From: Patescibacteria group bacterium
Lineage (GTDB): Bacteria; Patescibacteriota; Minisyncoccia; Phycocordibacterales; Phycocordibacteraceae
DNA length: 64,000 bases
Direction: 5' to 3'
Assembly (NCBI GenBank): GCA_013815345.1
Contig: JACDGK010000004.1
Coordinates: 10,361-74,360 of the forward strand
This document shows positions 39,300 through 48,887 of the stretch, one piece after another (the stretch's first letter is position 1; every line of letters starts with the position of its first letter). The notes under the pieces are model-generated. The model had not been told where the DNA came from and did not search any database. It saw only the letters and a program-made list of their open reading frames with translations. Made by a program: the position numbers and the translations under genes.

Positions 39300-39491
39300 A
39301 GGAGAGAAAGCAGAATAATTAATAACGTAAGGTTTTTCTTATTACGAGAAGCTTATCCTTACTTATTTCATAATAAAACAATTACATGAATACTTCATGA
39401 AGTATATTCCAACAATACCAAAGCTACCGTTCCCGGCATCTTTGGTATTTCCCTATCTCTTTTTAAGATATGAATGTTGCTTTTTTTCTAA

Positions 39492-40037
39492 CTAACGAGT
39501 GAGACAGAAAGAGGTACTACTTGCGATCGAAGGTTCTGCTGCAGAAGGGGCACAAACAGTAATACGTCCGGTGGTTGCATCTTGCGCAACGGTATATCCG
39601 AGATCATAATTTTCGCCCGTGCCACTACATCCTGCCGTGGTGCATTTGTTGAAGCCATTCAAAGGGTCTCTTGGCAATTCTGACATATAGGTTGGAACCA
39701 GACAGGGTCGCAGATCCGGACCGATTTTAGCAATGTCGGTTGACGTAGCGGGAAGGGAGGTCACACACGAATCATTTCGAGTAAGCGCGGGCTGTAGAAA
39801 TGATCCTCCATTATCGGCGAGACGCTCACCGAGAGCATTAAGAATCGTTCCAACATCATTCTGACGCTGAGAATTACGAGCTTCCGCAAATTGCCGTAGA
39901 GGATTTACTGCGATCAAGACTACGGTGCTTAGAATGGCAAGCATGCCGATAACCACAAGAATTTCAATAAGGGTAAAACCACGAACACGAGGTGATCGCT
40001 GAGTGATGATGCGGGACGAAAGAGTGAGTATCTTCAT
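39492..40037 (-). CDS. Type IV pilin / pseudopilin (prepilin N-terminal methylation motif); the ORF extends to 40115
   Basis: RG|FTLIEILVVIGMLAILSTVVLIAV. Cys residues near the C-terminus. Confidence 0.75.
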   Translation of the reverse strand: MKILTLSSRIITQRSPRVRGFTLIEILVVIGMLAILSTVVLIAVNPLRQFAEARNSQRQNDVGTILNALGERLADNGGSFLQPALTRNDSCVTSLPATSTDIAKIGPDLRPCLVPTYMSELPRDPLNGFNKCTTAGCSGTGENYDLGYTVAQDATTGRITVCAPSAAEPSIASSTSFCLTR

Positions 40038-40084
40038 AAAGATGGAAATTAATAAATAAACTAATAAAGCACGAGCAATTCTTC

Positions 40085-40540
40085 CTATGGAGGAATGCTC
40101 ATGCGCTCGTTCCAAGAAGTTATAGAAAGTTTTGTGGTGGAAGAGTTATTTTGTACTGCCACTACCACAAGAGCGGTGTAGGCGTTACGGACTGCTGCAT
40201 GTGTTTCCAAAACGACTGACCCATCACGTATAGTGAGAGAATCAATGGAGCATATTTCAGGATCATCGGAAATACCGCTGCTTACCGTAATATTTTTGGC
40301 TTGAGTGAATAAAGTAGAATTTTCTTCATAGAGATACAGTCCTTCATAAACACATGAAGAGGCGAGTAGCTCACTTCTTAATTTACTGATGGAGTCAAGC
40401 TCATTAAAACGGGCAAAGAATATAACAGTACTACTTCGCAGGACAAAGGCAGAAAGTACGATAGATATAATGATTGCCGATAAAAGAGCAACATAGCCAC
40501 CGGGAGCAGACACTTGAGAGAAAATAACCTCCTTTTTCAT
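40085..40540 (-). CDS. Hypothetical single-TM protein within the pilus cluster (possible minor pilin/assembly component)
   Basis: 151 aa with an N-terminal TM helix. No canonical GFxxxE motif. Confidence 0.4.
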   Translation of the reverse strand: MKKEVIFSQVSAPGGYVALLSAIIISIVLSAFVLRSSTVIFFARFNELDSISKLRSELLASSCVYEGLYLYEENSTLFTQAKNITVSSGISDDPEICSIDSLTIRDGSVVLETHAAVRNAYTALVVVAVQNNSSTTKLSITSWNERMSIPP

Positions 40541-41073
40541 GGTAAAAAAGAAATTACTCTAAAATGTTCCGATACGGTCTCGCCGCGTACTGTTTTTTCT
40601 GAAAGGTCAAATTCAGCGTGAAGGGATGAAGAACTGGAGCTCACGTTATTTTCCAGATACGTAAAATAACCATTCGTTACTTTTACAAACGTACTTGAGA
40701 AGGGAATAGGAGAGTTAGTGCCACGAGCAATAGAGAGTGAATTATCAAAGAAACCGATCGCAATAAGAGTATTGGTATCAGAAACAAGATCGATTTCCGT
40801 GCCACTTTCATTTAATTTTGGAAAATCTATCTGGTGAGCACGTCCTATCTCATACTGTATTTTTTGTGCAAGAAACTCCTCCTCGTTTTCTAGATCGGCT
40901 TTTGTTTCAGCGCGACCTACAGATTCAGAAAAAGCGATAATCCCTCCAAGAGTACTTTCCATAATGAATGAGAAAAGCGCGATGTAGAGAATGCATTCAA
41001 GAAGTGTAAATCCTTGGATGCGAGGGTGAACCTGGGAACAAGAACGGACGCAAAAGAAAAAGTGCCAATCCAT
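40537..41073 (-). CDS. Pseudopilin/minor pilin (the ORF extends to 41154; probable start at ATG 41073)
   Basis: QG|FTLLECILYIALFSF class III signal. Confidence 0.55.
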   Translation of the reverse strand: MDWHFFFCVRSCSQVHPRIQGFTLLECILYIALFSFIMESTLGGIIAFSESVGRAETKADLENEEEFLAQKIQYEIGRAHQIDFPKLNESGTEIDLVSDTNTLIAIGFFDNSLSIARGTNSPIPFSSTFVKVTNGYFTYLENNVSSSSSSLHAEFDLSEKTVRGETVSEHFRVISFLP

Positions 41074-41075
41074 AT

Positions 41076-42587
41076 TTAAAGGGCGGTAACCACACTTACA
41101 TAGCCTGTATGATCGAGACCGACTGAGCCAATGTAGAGAGTATTGTTCCGACAAATAAGTGCTGTGCCGGTAGCGCCTGAAGGAAGTTGCAGAGGTGCGA
41201 CATACCGTGCGGGATGTTTGGGATCGCTTATGTCAAGCACGAGTAACGACGATGGGGTAAGAATGAACGCAAGAAAATCTCGAACAATAACGCCCTCAAT
41301 GGTGACAGGATTTGGGAGGTCGGGCACCACCGCAGAATAAAGTTGTGTCGGTGCACTCGTACTCGCCACCGTGAGAATAGAAAGCGCGGGTCCCGTGGGA
41401 GTGTACGTACGTCCCAGAAGAAGCGTGGTGCTCGAAAGAGCGATATCGCGCGCGTACCCAAAACCCGCAGTTCCGAGGGCGTCATACGATCCAATTTGAG
41501 TTATGCGCAATGGATCGTGTATATCCAGAATCATAAGATCACGAAAAGGGTCATCGGTAGCAAGATAGGCAAGCGCGCCACTAATAAGAATTCTATTAAT
41601 CGTTCGCCCTACCGGAAAACTTCCTAGTACAACCGGCGCGTAGGGGTCATGCACGTCGATAATATTGAATTCATTGCCGAGAGCACTTCCTGTTTTGGTT
41701 AACCCTAGATAGATAAGGCCGTCGCTATAGGCGATACTTTTAGCATTAGATTGTCCCCCCGAGCCCGTGGCGAAAGGAAATGTTGAAGTGGCGAGCTGGA
41801 AACTTTCAATAAGGGAGGGTGAATGAGTGTCTTGTATATCAAATATTTGTAATTGATTACATGCAGGACCAGCTACACACGTTGAAAAATCAGGCGTACC
41901 CGCATTTGCTGTATACATATATTTACCGGCGACCACAATCGCGTTTACGCCTTGTTTTGTAGTTGATGCAGTATCGATACTGCTTTGGTAGGAAGGGTGA
42001 GTGGATGAAGAGAGATCAAAAATAAAAAGAGTTGGATCAGTTTTATTCTGGGCACTGTTGATGCCAGCAATCAGTGTGGTGCTTGAAACCGCGAGTGTGG
42101 AAATAGGATAAGAACTCGAGCCATTTCCGGGAGGCAATAGGTCTCCTGATTGAAGGGAAAAGGTCTTCATCACCGGATGACTCCAATCTCCCATCAATAC
42201 GCTGTCACAGAGTGTAGGAGTGATTGTATTTTTAAAATCAGTTAGTACAGAATAGAGAGTCGAAGATCGAAATCTTCCTTTAGCATCAACCCAAGACACA
42301 TGGGCGCGGAGACGTTTAGTTATTCCGTCAGGAAGAAGGGTAGCGGAAAGAGATAATACATATTCATCGGTCGTGCTCGTGGCAAGTGAGAGGATACTAT
42401 TGAACGAATTTCTCCCCAGCAATTCCTGAGCAGTAAGGAGTTGGGAGGCAGCATTCATTGCCGTTCGTTCTTTGTGACCATCAGCTACTGAGGCAGGAAG
42501 AGCAATAGTGATAAGAAGAACCGCAGCAATCGTTGCGGTCATTAATCCGAGAGCGAGTAGGAGTTCAAGGGTAGAAAATCCGCGCAT
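41076..42587 (-). CDS. Giant minor pilin (~500 aa) with prepilin leader (the ORF extends to 42626)
   Basis: MRG|FSTLELLLALGLMTATIAAVLL, then a large Ser/Thr-rich globular region. Confidence 0.6.
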   Translation of the reverse strand: MRGFSTLELLLALGLMTATIAAVLLITIALPASVADGHKERTAMNAASQLLTAQELLGRNSFNSILSLATSTTDEYVLSLSATLLPDGITKRLRAHVSWVDAKGRFRSSTLYSVLTDFKNTITPTLCDSVLMGDWSHPVMKTFSLQSGDLLPPGNGSSSYPISTLAVSSTTLIAGINSAQNKTDPTLFIFDLSSSTHPSYQSSIDTASTTKQGVNAIVVAGKYMYTANAGTPDFSTCVAGPACNQLQIFDIQDTHSPSLIESFQLATSTFPFATGSGGQSNAKSIAYSDGLIYLGLTKTGSALGNEFNIIDVHDPYAPVVLGSFPVGRTINRILISGALAYLATDDPFRDLMILDIHDPLRITQIGSYDALGTAGFGYARDIALSSTTLLLGRTYTPTGPALSILTVASTSAPTQLYSAVVPDLPNPVTIEGVIVRDFLAFILTPSSLLVLDISDPKHPARYVAPLQLPSGATGTALICRNNTLYIGSVGLDHTGYVSVVTAL

Positions 42588-42591
42588 ACAG

Positions 42592-43095
42592 CTATTGGGG
42601 GAGAGCAGAAGACACAGAAATTCCACCTTCGGTAGTAACTGTTACGTTCTGAGTTGAAGAGCTGCTGTTTTCCTGCGACCAGCGGAGTGTAGTCGTGCTG
42701 GCGACTGTTCCTGAAAGGGAAGCAAATACTACTTCTTTTCCACTAGGTACAGGTATGATCTTCGAGAGAGGCAGATTTTCGTCAAAAAGTTCGGATCGGC
42801 TCCCATAACTGCTTCCTTGGAAAACTGTTGCGGTCGATGACGTTAAATACACTCCATGATCAACACCTGCCGTACATCCGGAACCTTTACAGATTCCGTT
42901 GATTGCTTCAGCTCGAGCTCGAGTGAGGGCTAAACGTATAGTGATTTGATTTGAATAAGCGAGTTCGTGAGTATAACTTCCAATACTTCCCAGGAATCCT
43001 ACGCTTGCCAAAAGCGTTAATACTGTAAGTGAAATAAGCGCTTCAATAAGCGTAAAACCAGAAAGATGTTGCGAGGAAATGTGTGGAAGGGACAT
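42592..43095 (-). CDS. Type IV pilin (prepilin)
   Basis: SG|FTLIEALISLTVLTLLASV. Confidence 0.75.
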   Translation of the reverse strand: MSLPHISSQHLSGFTLIEALISLTVLTLLASVGFLGSIGSYTHELAYSNQITIRLALTRARAEAINGICKGSGCTAGVDHGVYLTSSTATVFQGSSYGSRSELFDENLPLSKIIPVPSGKEVVFASLSGTVASTTTLRWSQENSSSSTQNVTVTTEGGISVSSALPQ

Positions 43096-43097
43096 AC

Positions 43098-44204
43098 TTA
43101 TGGATGGGCGTTAAGATTTTGTGTCACGCTGTATATCGGGGTAATAATTGCAAGTGCAACAAAGCCGACAATGAGACCCATTAGAATCATCAAAATTGGC
43201 TCGATAAATACCGTGAGATTTTTAATGAGTTCTTCCAAATCATTTTCATAAAGCGTGGCAAGCGAATCCAGATTTTCACACAAGGTTCCGGTCGTTTCTC
43301 CAGCAGCAATCATTTGAATCACCACAGGTGGAAATAATTGAGGGTGCTGAGTGAGAGCGAAAGAAAAACGGTGACCTTCACTAATTTGTTTTTCGGTAGA
43401 GAAAAGTGCTTCAGGATAGGAAAGTCCCGGGAGTGCCGCTCGCACGAGTACAAGCGCGGGGATAATACGAATACCACCAGCAAGAAGTAATGCGAGTACT
43501 CGTAAAAATAGCGATACACTGTAATTTCGATACAGAGAACCGAAAAGCGGTATCCGCACAAAGAAATGCTCGATAGCACGACGTACGAAACTGTTTCGAA
43601 AAAGAATGAATATACCTATACTGCACAGTGCGAGACCAACGATGAACCACAACCAATCGCGCGCCAAAAAAGTATTCGCACCTATGAGGAGTCGAGTAGG
43701 AAGGGGAAGGACTGTTTGAAAGCTCTCCAAGACCGGAAGAATTTTTGGAAAAATATAAAAAGTGAGAAAACCGGTAATACAAATTGTGCCGACCAAAATG
43801 ATCGCAGGATATACCAGTGCTCCCAGTACTTTTTGACTAAGCATACGACGTTTCTCAAGTAGGGTGGCGATATGCTCAAGCGTCAGGGTAAGCGATCCAC
43901 TCGCTTCTCCTGCCTCTATAAAGCCAATCGTAAAGCGATCAAATTGATGCGGGAACTTTGCGAAACCACGAGAGAGCGGTTCACCGCGCGCGACTGTCGC
44001 CGCGAGAGTACGGAGAATAAAGAATGCAGAATGAGACTTTACGTTTTCAGCAATATATCCAAGAGAACGAGGAAGGGAAATGCCTGAGCCTGAATAAAGA
44101 GCGAGTCGCTTCATAAGAAGGATTTGCTGAGAGCGGTTATAGCGCAGAAAACGCGGCCTATTTCTTTCCTTTACTCTATTCATGGATAAGTGTGAGGACC
44201 TCAT
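43098..44204 (-). CDS. pilC: Type II secretion / type IV pilus platform protein (GspF/PilC family)
   Basis: Two T2SSF repeats, three TM segments. Confidence 0.85.
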   Translation of the reverse strand: MRSSHLSMNRVKERNRPRFLRYNRSQQILLMKRLALYSGSGISLPRSLGYIAENVKSHSAFFILRTLAATVARGEPLSRGFAKFPHQFDRFTIGFIEAGEASGSLTLTLEHIATLLEKRRMLSQKVLGALVYPAIILVGTICITGFLTFYIFPKILPVLESFQTVLPLPTRLLIGANTFLARDWLWFIVGLALCSIGIFILFRNSFVRRAIEHFFVRIPLFGSLYRNYSVSLFLRVLALLLAGGIRIIPALVLVRAALPGLSYPEALFSTEKQISEGHRFSFALTQHPQLFPPVVIQMIAAGETTGTLCENLDSLATLYENDLEELIKNLTVFIEPILMILMGLIVGFVALAIITPIYSVTQNLNAHP

Positions 44205-45468
44205 CTATCGGAACCAGGCCTTCAGCTGCCTTTTGCATGCCATCCTCGAACAACGTTTGCATTCCATCTTGTTGCGCAAGAAGAGAGAGTTCTCGAGCCG
44301 ATGCTTTTCGCGCTATCGCATCCCGCAACTCATTATTCACAAAAAGTATTTCAAATATTCCTATACGTCCATTACTGCCAGTATTTTCACATCTCAAACA
44401 CCCGATTGATGAAAAATAGGAGCAAGAGGAGATCTCCAAATTCCCTGATCGGTTTGTCAGCACAAGCCGTTGCTCTTCCGTAAGTGCTTTGGAAACTCGG
44501 CAGAACGTGCACAGGCGTCGCACTAGACGTTCCGCAACGACAAGCTGTATGGTTGAAGCGATAAGGTATGGCTCAATTCCCAGATCAATAAGTCGGGGAA
44601 GTGCGCTTGGGGCGCTGGTCGTATGGAGCGTTGATAAAACTAAATGGCCGGTAAGTGCCGCATGAACAGCCAGTGATGCAGTCTCATGATCGCGAATTTC
44701 ACCAATGCCTATAATGTTTGGATCTTGTCGGAGAATGCTTCGAAGACCCTCAGCAAAGGTAAGTCCACTTCGTTGACTTGCCTGAATTTGATTAATTCCT
44801 TCCATTGAATACTCGATCGGATCTTCAATAGTAATAATCGATAGTAATCGAGTATTGAGATACTGCATAAACGCATAGAGGGTGCTGGTTTTTCCACTTC
44901 CCGTGGGACCAGTTAGAAGAAGGAGTCCGTGAGGATTGGAAAGCGCACGGCGAATGATTGTCTGATGAATACTTGATAATCCCAATGATTCAAAAGTATT
45001 CAACTGGTCACGAGAAGAAAGAAGTCGCAATACTGCATTTTCGCCATAGTACGTTGGAGCGATTGAAAGACGTATATCGAGAAATGCTGCTAAAGAAGAT
45101 GATCCCACAGAATCTGGATGGACTCTCTCTGTTAAAAAGAAACGAAACCTCCCGTCCTGTGGTATACCATGCTCATCTATGCGCAACCCAGCAAGTATCT
45201 TGAGACGTGCAAGAATTTCACGATGAATCCACATTGGAATATCGTGAGCATCACGCAATTTTCCATCCACACGAAATCGGGAGGCAAGTATGGTTTCTCC
45301 AGGATCAAGGTGTATATCAGAAGATTGCAGTGCATGAGCATGTTGTATTACATGTTCTATAAGTCGCACCGCTGACACCGATTCTCGCGCAAGTTCTTCC
45401 CGAATTACTTTTTGTGATTCTCTATCGAGAATTTGGCTTGCAGTAATTGCTGTTTCGTCAGGTGGCAT
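44176..45468 (-). CDS. pilB: Type IV pilus assembly ATPase (GspE/PilB family)
   Basis: Walker A LLTGPTGSGKTST, Asp box, His box and the tetracysteine-region remnants CRVS...C..C. Confidence 0.9.
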   Translation of the reverse strand: MPPDETAITASQILDRESQKVIREELARESVSAVRLIEHVIQHAHALQSSDIHLDPGETILASRFRVDGKLRDAHDIPMWIHREILARLKILAGLRIDEHGIPQDGRFRFFLTERVHPDSVGSSSLAAFLDIRLSIAPTYYGENAVLRLLSSRDQLNTFESLGLSSIHQTIIRRALSNPHGLLLLTGPTGSGKTSTLYAFMQYLNTRLLSIITIEDPIEYSMEGINQIQASQRSGLTFAEGLRSILRQDPNIIGIGEIRDHETASLAVHAALTGHLVLSTLHTTSAPSALPRLIDLGIEPYLIASTIQLVVAERLVRRLCTFCRVSKALTEEQRLVLTNRSGNLEISSCSYFSSIGCLRCENTGSNGRIGIFEILFVNNELRDAIARKASARELSLLAQQDGMQTLFEDGMQKAAEGLVPIDEVLTLIHE

Positions 45469-45636
45469 TTAAGCACTTTATTCAATCGTCCCCTCTTTAT
45501 TTTTAAAGACGAATTAAAATCTTTATGAAATTTAAGTGGGGAGTCTGAATGAATAAGTTTGTTACAACCTTTCCTCATATAACCTGATATAGTTGATATT
45601 AAGCAAGGAGTACTTGCGCTGGGAGGGGAATATCAC

Positions 45637-45846
45637 ATGGATGCGAATGTAATATTAGTTGAGCAGGGTTCTGCACAAGATGACATTTGGGGTTTTAATA
45701 TTTATCCTGATCTTAAAGATGATAGCTGGATAGCATTTGTCTCTCTTATTAATATTCGACCTGCATTGGGGAATTTCGGCATGGAAATTAAAGACAAAAA
45801 CATTCGAACTTGTATGCGGCAGTGTATTGAAAGGCTAATCATATGA
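45637..45846 (+). CDS. Hypothetical 69 aa protein; first gene of an ATGA-coupled pair
   Basis: Strong RBS GGGAGGGG 8 nt upstream. Its stop overlaps the start of the next ORF (ATGA). Confidence 0.4.
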   Translation: MDANVILVEQGSAQDDIWGFNIYPDLKDDSWIAFVSLINIRPALGNFGMEIKDKNIRTCMRQCIERLII

Positions 45847-46136
45847 ACACCGACCGAACTCCTACCTTTCTTATGGCTAATTTGGGGAGTGAATTCATCA
45901 GGCTGTATGTCGCCTTGGAAGGCACTGATCTCGTGCGGATTGAAGAGAGTCGTGCTCGTGCTATGCGCATCATTGATACGCTGCCCCTACATCCAGAATT
46001 AAAAGGACGTACTGATGAAATAGAGATACTGCGCAATGTGCTCGAAGATAGTATCTTATCAAAGCCGCGATATCGAATAAACAAGAATGATCTTGAAGCA
46101 TATTTCGCGCCTTTCGCTCTCCGCGTCTTAGGTTAA
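45843..46136 (+). CDS. Hypothetical 97 aa protein; second gene of the coupled pair
   Basis: Translationally coupled to the preceding ORF. No recognised domain. Confidence 0.4.
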   Translation: MNTDRTPTFLMANLGSEFIRLYVALEGTDLVRIEESRARAMRIIDTLPLHPELKGRTDEIEILRNVLEDSILSKPRYRINKNDLEAYFAPFALRVLG

Positions 46137-46388
46137 GGCTTCGTTAATAAACCTTACTTTGCGGCCTATTTTAGAGGGCCATAAAATGGCCTACTTTCTG
46201 GAGGTGAAATCAAAATAACCAGTATATAGGCCATATAATCGTTGCTTCTTTATGAAAAAATCATTAAAATTGATTGACAAAAGGGGTCTTGAAATGATAG
46301 GATGCTGGTAAGAGTTGCTAAGGGTCACGTACTTAATTTCTATAGGTTATCTATAGATTTTTTGTTTCTGAACTTTGGTAACTCACTT

Positions 46389-47036
46389 ATGCACAAATCT
46401 ATAGGCTTAATTGCCTTATTTCTTTTGTCCAATAGTGTCTTAGCGCCCACGCAGGCCAATGCAGCAACGGCTCCTCTCTCGGTATCAACGAGTACGGAAG
46501 CAGTCGCTGGCATGACGACCACCAATGAAGTTCAGGAACTTCCGACCGCGCCATTAGCTTCCTCTACAGCTTATACGGTCACTCTTACCTCGTACAACGC
46601 GGTACCTGAACAGACGAGCCCAACCCCGTGGATGACGGCCAGCGGAGCACCTTCAAATGCGGAGGTGATAGCGGCGCGTTCTCATGATCTCGCCCAAAAA
46701 CTTCCGTACGGCACGATCATTGCTGTACTAGGTCCGACTTCTTCGTACTCAGGTCCTTTTTGTGGGTACAAGAGCGTGCAGCATCTTATCGGGTATCGCG
46801 TTATCGCTGACTCCATGAACGCCCGCATGCATAACAAAGTGGATGTGCAACTCGACCAGCACGATACCGTTCCCTTTAAAGGCCTTCAGTTGAATCCTGC
46901 GATAGTGCTGGGTGCGTGTACGGGAGTAAAGATACAAGTAGTGGGGTATGTGAATCCTCAACACATTCCGAAAACTCAAACTGCACTAGCAGCTCTCGTG
47001 GATGGAAGCAACAATCTCGCCTACTCAAAATTTTAA
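46389..47036 (+). CDS. Secreted 3D-domain protein (YuiC/MltA-like cell-wall-associated); the ORF extends to 46302
   Basis: Signal peptide MHKSIGLIALFLLSNSVLAPTQANA. The 3D-domain pattern YTVTLTSYNAVPEQTSPTPWMTASG...GTIIAV follows. Confidence 0.65.
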   Translation: MHKSIGLIALFLLSNSVLAPTQANAATAPLSVSTSTEAVAGMTTTNEVQELPTAPLASSTAYTVTLTSYNAVPEQTSPTPWMTASGAPSNAEVIAARSHDLAQKLPYGTIIAVLGPTSSYSGPFCGYKSVQHLIGYRVIADSMNARMHNKVDVQLDQHDTVPFKGLQLNPAIVLGACTGVKIQVVGYVNPQHIPKTQTALAALVDGSNNLAYSKF

Positions 47037-47078
47037 ATACGCAGCCAAAGACCCGCCTGGCTTTAGCCAGGCGGGTCT

Positions 47079-48584
47079 TTGAATTCTGGTACACTATACT
47101 ACCCACTGCTTCTTTTTATCGTGACTTCTGATACCTTGCGACATTTTATATCGAATCAGCGTCTCACTCTAGGGATATTCTTTCTTATCGCTATTGTTCT
47201 TGCAGGATCGTCCTATCTTTTGCTGTATCGTCTTGGTGCTGAACCATTACACGATTATGACGAGGCGACGTATGCAGAAATTTCTCTTGAAAGTGGGCTT
47301 AGTCATCAGTACGTCGTGCCTACTTTTCTAGGAAATGAGTTTTTTAGAAAACCGCCACTTCTTTTCTGGCTCATTGATGTAGACAATAAAATCATTTCTA
47401 GTTCAGAATTGGCGGCGCGTTTGCCCTCGGCTCTTTCAGCCTTAGGCCTCATCATTTTGGTGATGCGTTTGGTATATGAAGCCACAAAAAGTGGCTTTGC
47501 CGCGGTGTTTGGTGGGGCAGTACTCATGACTACCAGTGCGTTTATTGAGCCGGCACGGCAGGTACGTCTTGATCTCCTCGTGTCTTTTTTCAGCCTTGCC
47601 GCGGTCTATGCTTTTCTTCGAGCGCTTGATGATCGACATAGACATTGTTTTCTTGGGTTTGGGATCTTTCTGGGTTTTGCTGTACTTGCGAAAGGGCCTC
47701 TGGCTATTTTTACGATTGTTGCAGTACTTACTCTAGCGGCTATCTATAAACGGTTTGAGTGGATCCGAGATCGCTACTTCTGGGGTGGAGTGCTGCTTTT
47801 TCTCCTTATCGCGTTGCCCTGGCACTTTTATGAAACGATTCGTTTCGGATTTACGTTTTGGAACGTGTATCTTGGCGATCAGGTATTCTCTCGCATGGGA
47901 CAAACACTTTTTAGCGGGCCCACCAATGGGGATTATATTTCCTATCTTTTTGCTTTCGCAATTCCGTGGATTGTGGTCTTCGGGGCGAGTGTCGTGGCTG
48001 GAGGTTTTTTATGGAAACGTATGAGAAAGAAAACTCAAGCGCTTTTTGTGGCTAGCGTGATCACCGTGATTAGTATAGTGCTGATATTTTTTAGCGCCAA
48101 GACGAAAGCCGGCTCGTACCTCATCTCTTTGTATCCCTTCATGGCAGTAGCGGTAGCGGTAAGTGTGTTTGAAATATATCGACTATTGCATACACGTGCA
48201 CGAATATTCTTGATTTTATCCTGCGTAATTTTAAGTAGTGTAGGTTTTGAGCTCTCAATTTTCAATGGATTCCACACCAATCCGTACTACGCAACAATTG
48301 ATGCTCTCGCAATGCAGGAGAAGGGTATAGGGCAAACGTTGCGTGCTCAGCACGCGTCGCAATTCTATGTGTACAACGCGACCACCCTTGGCTCAATTAT
48401 GTTCTATAGTCGTATTTTGCATCCGATCAGTCTCGGGCCGGGAGGTATGCCTCCGATCGGATCATTTATTCTCTACCAGACTACTGAAGCGGCACAGTTG
48501 CATGCCGTCTATCCTACTCTTTCATTCATTTCTGATTACGAAGGAAGCTTATTGACGCTTGCTTCTGTTGCTTCGGAAGACTGA
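47079..48584 (+). CDS. GT39/GT83-type membrane glycosyltransferase (ArnT / protein O-mannosyltransferase-like)
   Basis: DYDEATYAEISLE...FFRKPPLLFWL, a loop-1 DE motif and multiple TM helices. Confidence 0.8.
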   Translation: MNSGTLYYPLLLFIVTSDTLRHFISNQRLTLGIFFLIAIVLAGSSYLLLYRLGAEPLHDYDEATYAEISLESGLSHQYVVPTFLGNEFFRKPPLLFWLIDVDNKIISSSELAARLPSALSALGLIILVMRLVYEATKSGFAAVFGGAVLMTTSAFIEPARQVRLDLLVSFFSLAAVYAFLRALDDRHRHCFLGFGIFLGFAVLAKGPLAIFTIVAVLTLAAIYKRFEWIRDRYFWGGVLLFLLIALPWHFYETIRFGFTFWNVYLGDQVFSRMGQTLFSGPTNGDYISYLFAFAIPWIVVFGASVVAGGFLWKRMRKKTQALFVASVITVISIVLIFFSAKTKAGSYLISLYPFMAVAVAVSVFEIYRLLHTRARIFLILSCVILSSVGFELSIFNGFHTNPYYATIDALAMQEKGIGQTLRAQHASQFYVYNATTLGSIMFYSRILHPISLGPGGMPPIGSFILYQTTEAAQLHAVYPTLSFISDYEGSLLTLASVASED

Positions 48585-48886
48585 GCGGCGAAATTATTCT
48601 GCAGCATGAGGTTACGAAAATAAATAAAAAGAGAGAGTACTTGGGCAGTCGCAAAAACGATGTCCCGGATGTGAATCGAATATACGAGAATCAAGAGTGA
48701 ACCGCCGATGCTCAAATACCAGAAACTGAGAGGCACAATGACCGCCTGCTTTTTTTCAGAAGTGAGCCATTGTATGATGAAGCGAAGAAAAAAGATGAAC
48801 TGTCCAAAAAAGCCGAAAATCACCCAGGGATTGAGCAGTTCGGCAGAAAGTGCAGTAAATGTCATAACCAGTCCATAATACGTCAA
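48536..48886 (-). CDS. LAB_N (lipid-A-biosynthesis N-terminal domain) small membrane protein
   Basis: FGFFGQFIFFLRFIIQWLTSEKKQ matches the LAB_N signature. Confidence 0.65.
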   Translation of the reverse strand: MTYYGLVMTFTALSAELLNPWVIFGFFGQFIFFLRFIIQWLTSEKKQAVIVPLSFWYLSIGGSLLILVYSIHIRDIVFATAQVLSLFIYFRNLMLQNNFAAQSSEATEASVNKLPS

Positions 48887-48887
48887 T

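Noticed and set aside
39300-39491. Palindromes CATGAATACTTCATGAAGTAT and CCAAAG-N16-CTTTGG between the pilin gene and the response-regulator gene; considered as terminator or operator
   Set aside because: The stems are short or AT-rich with bulges, and there is no clear T-run in the correct orientation for the pilin operon. Possibly a regulator binding site, but unsupported.
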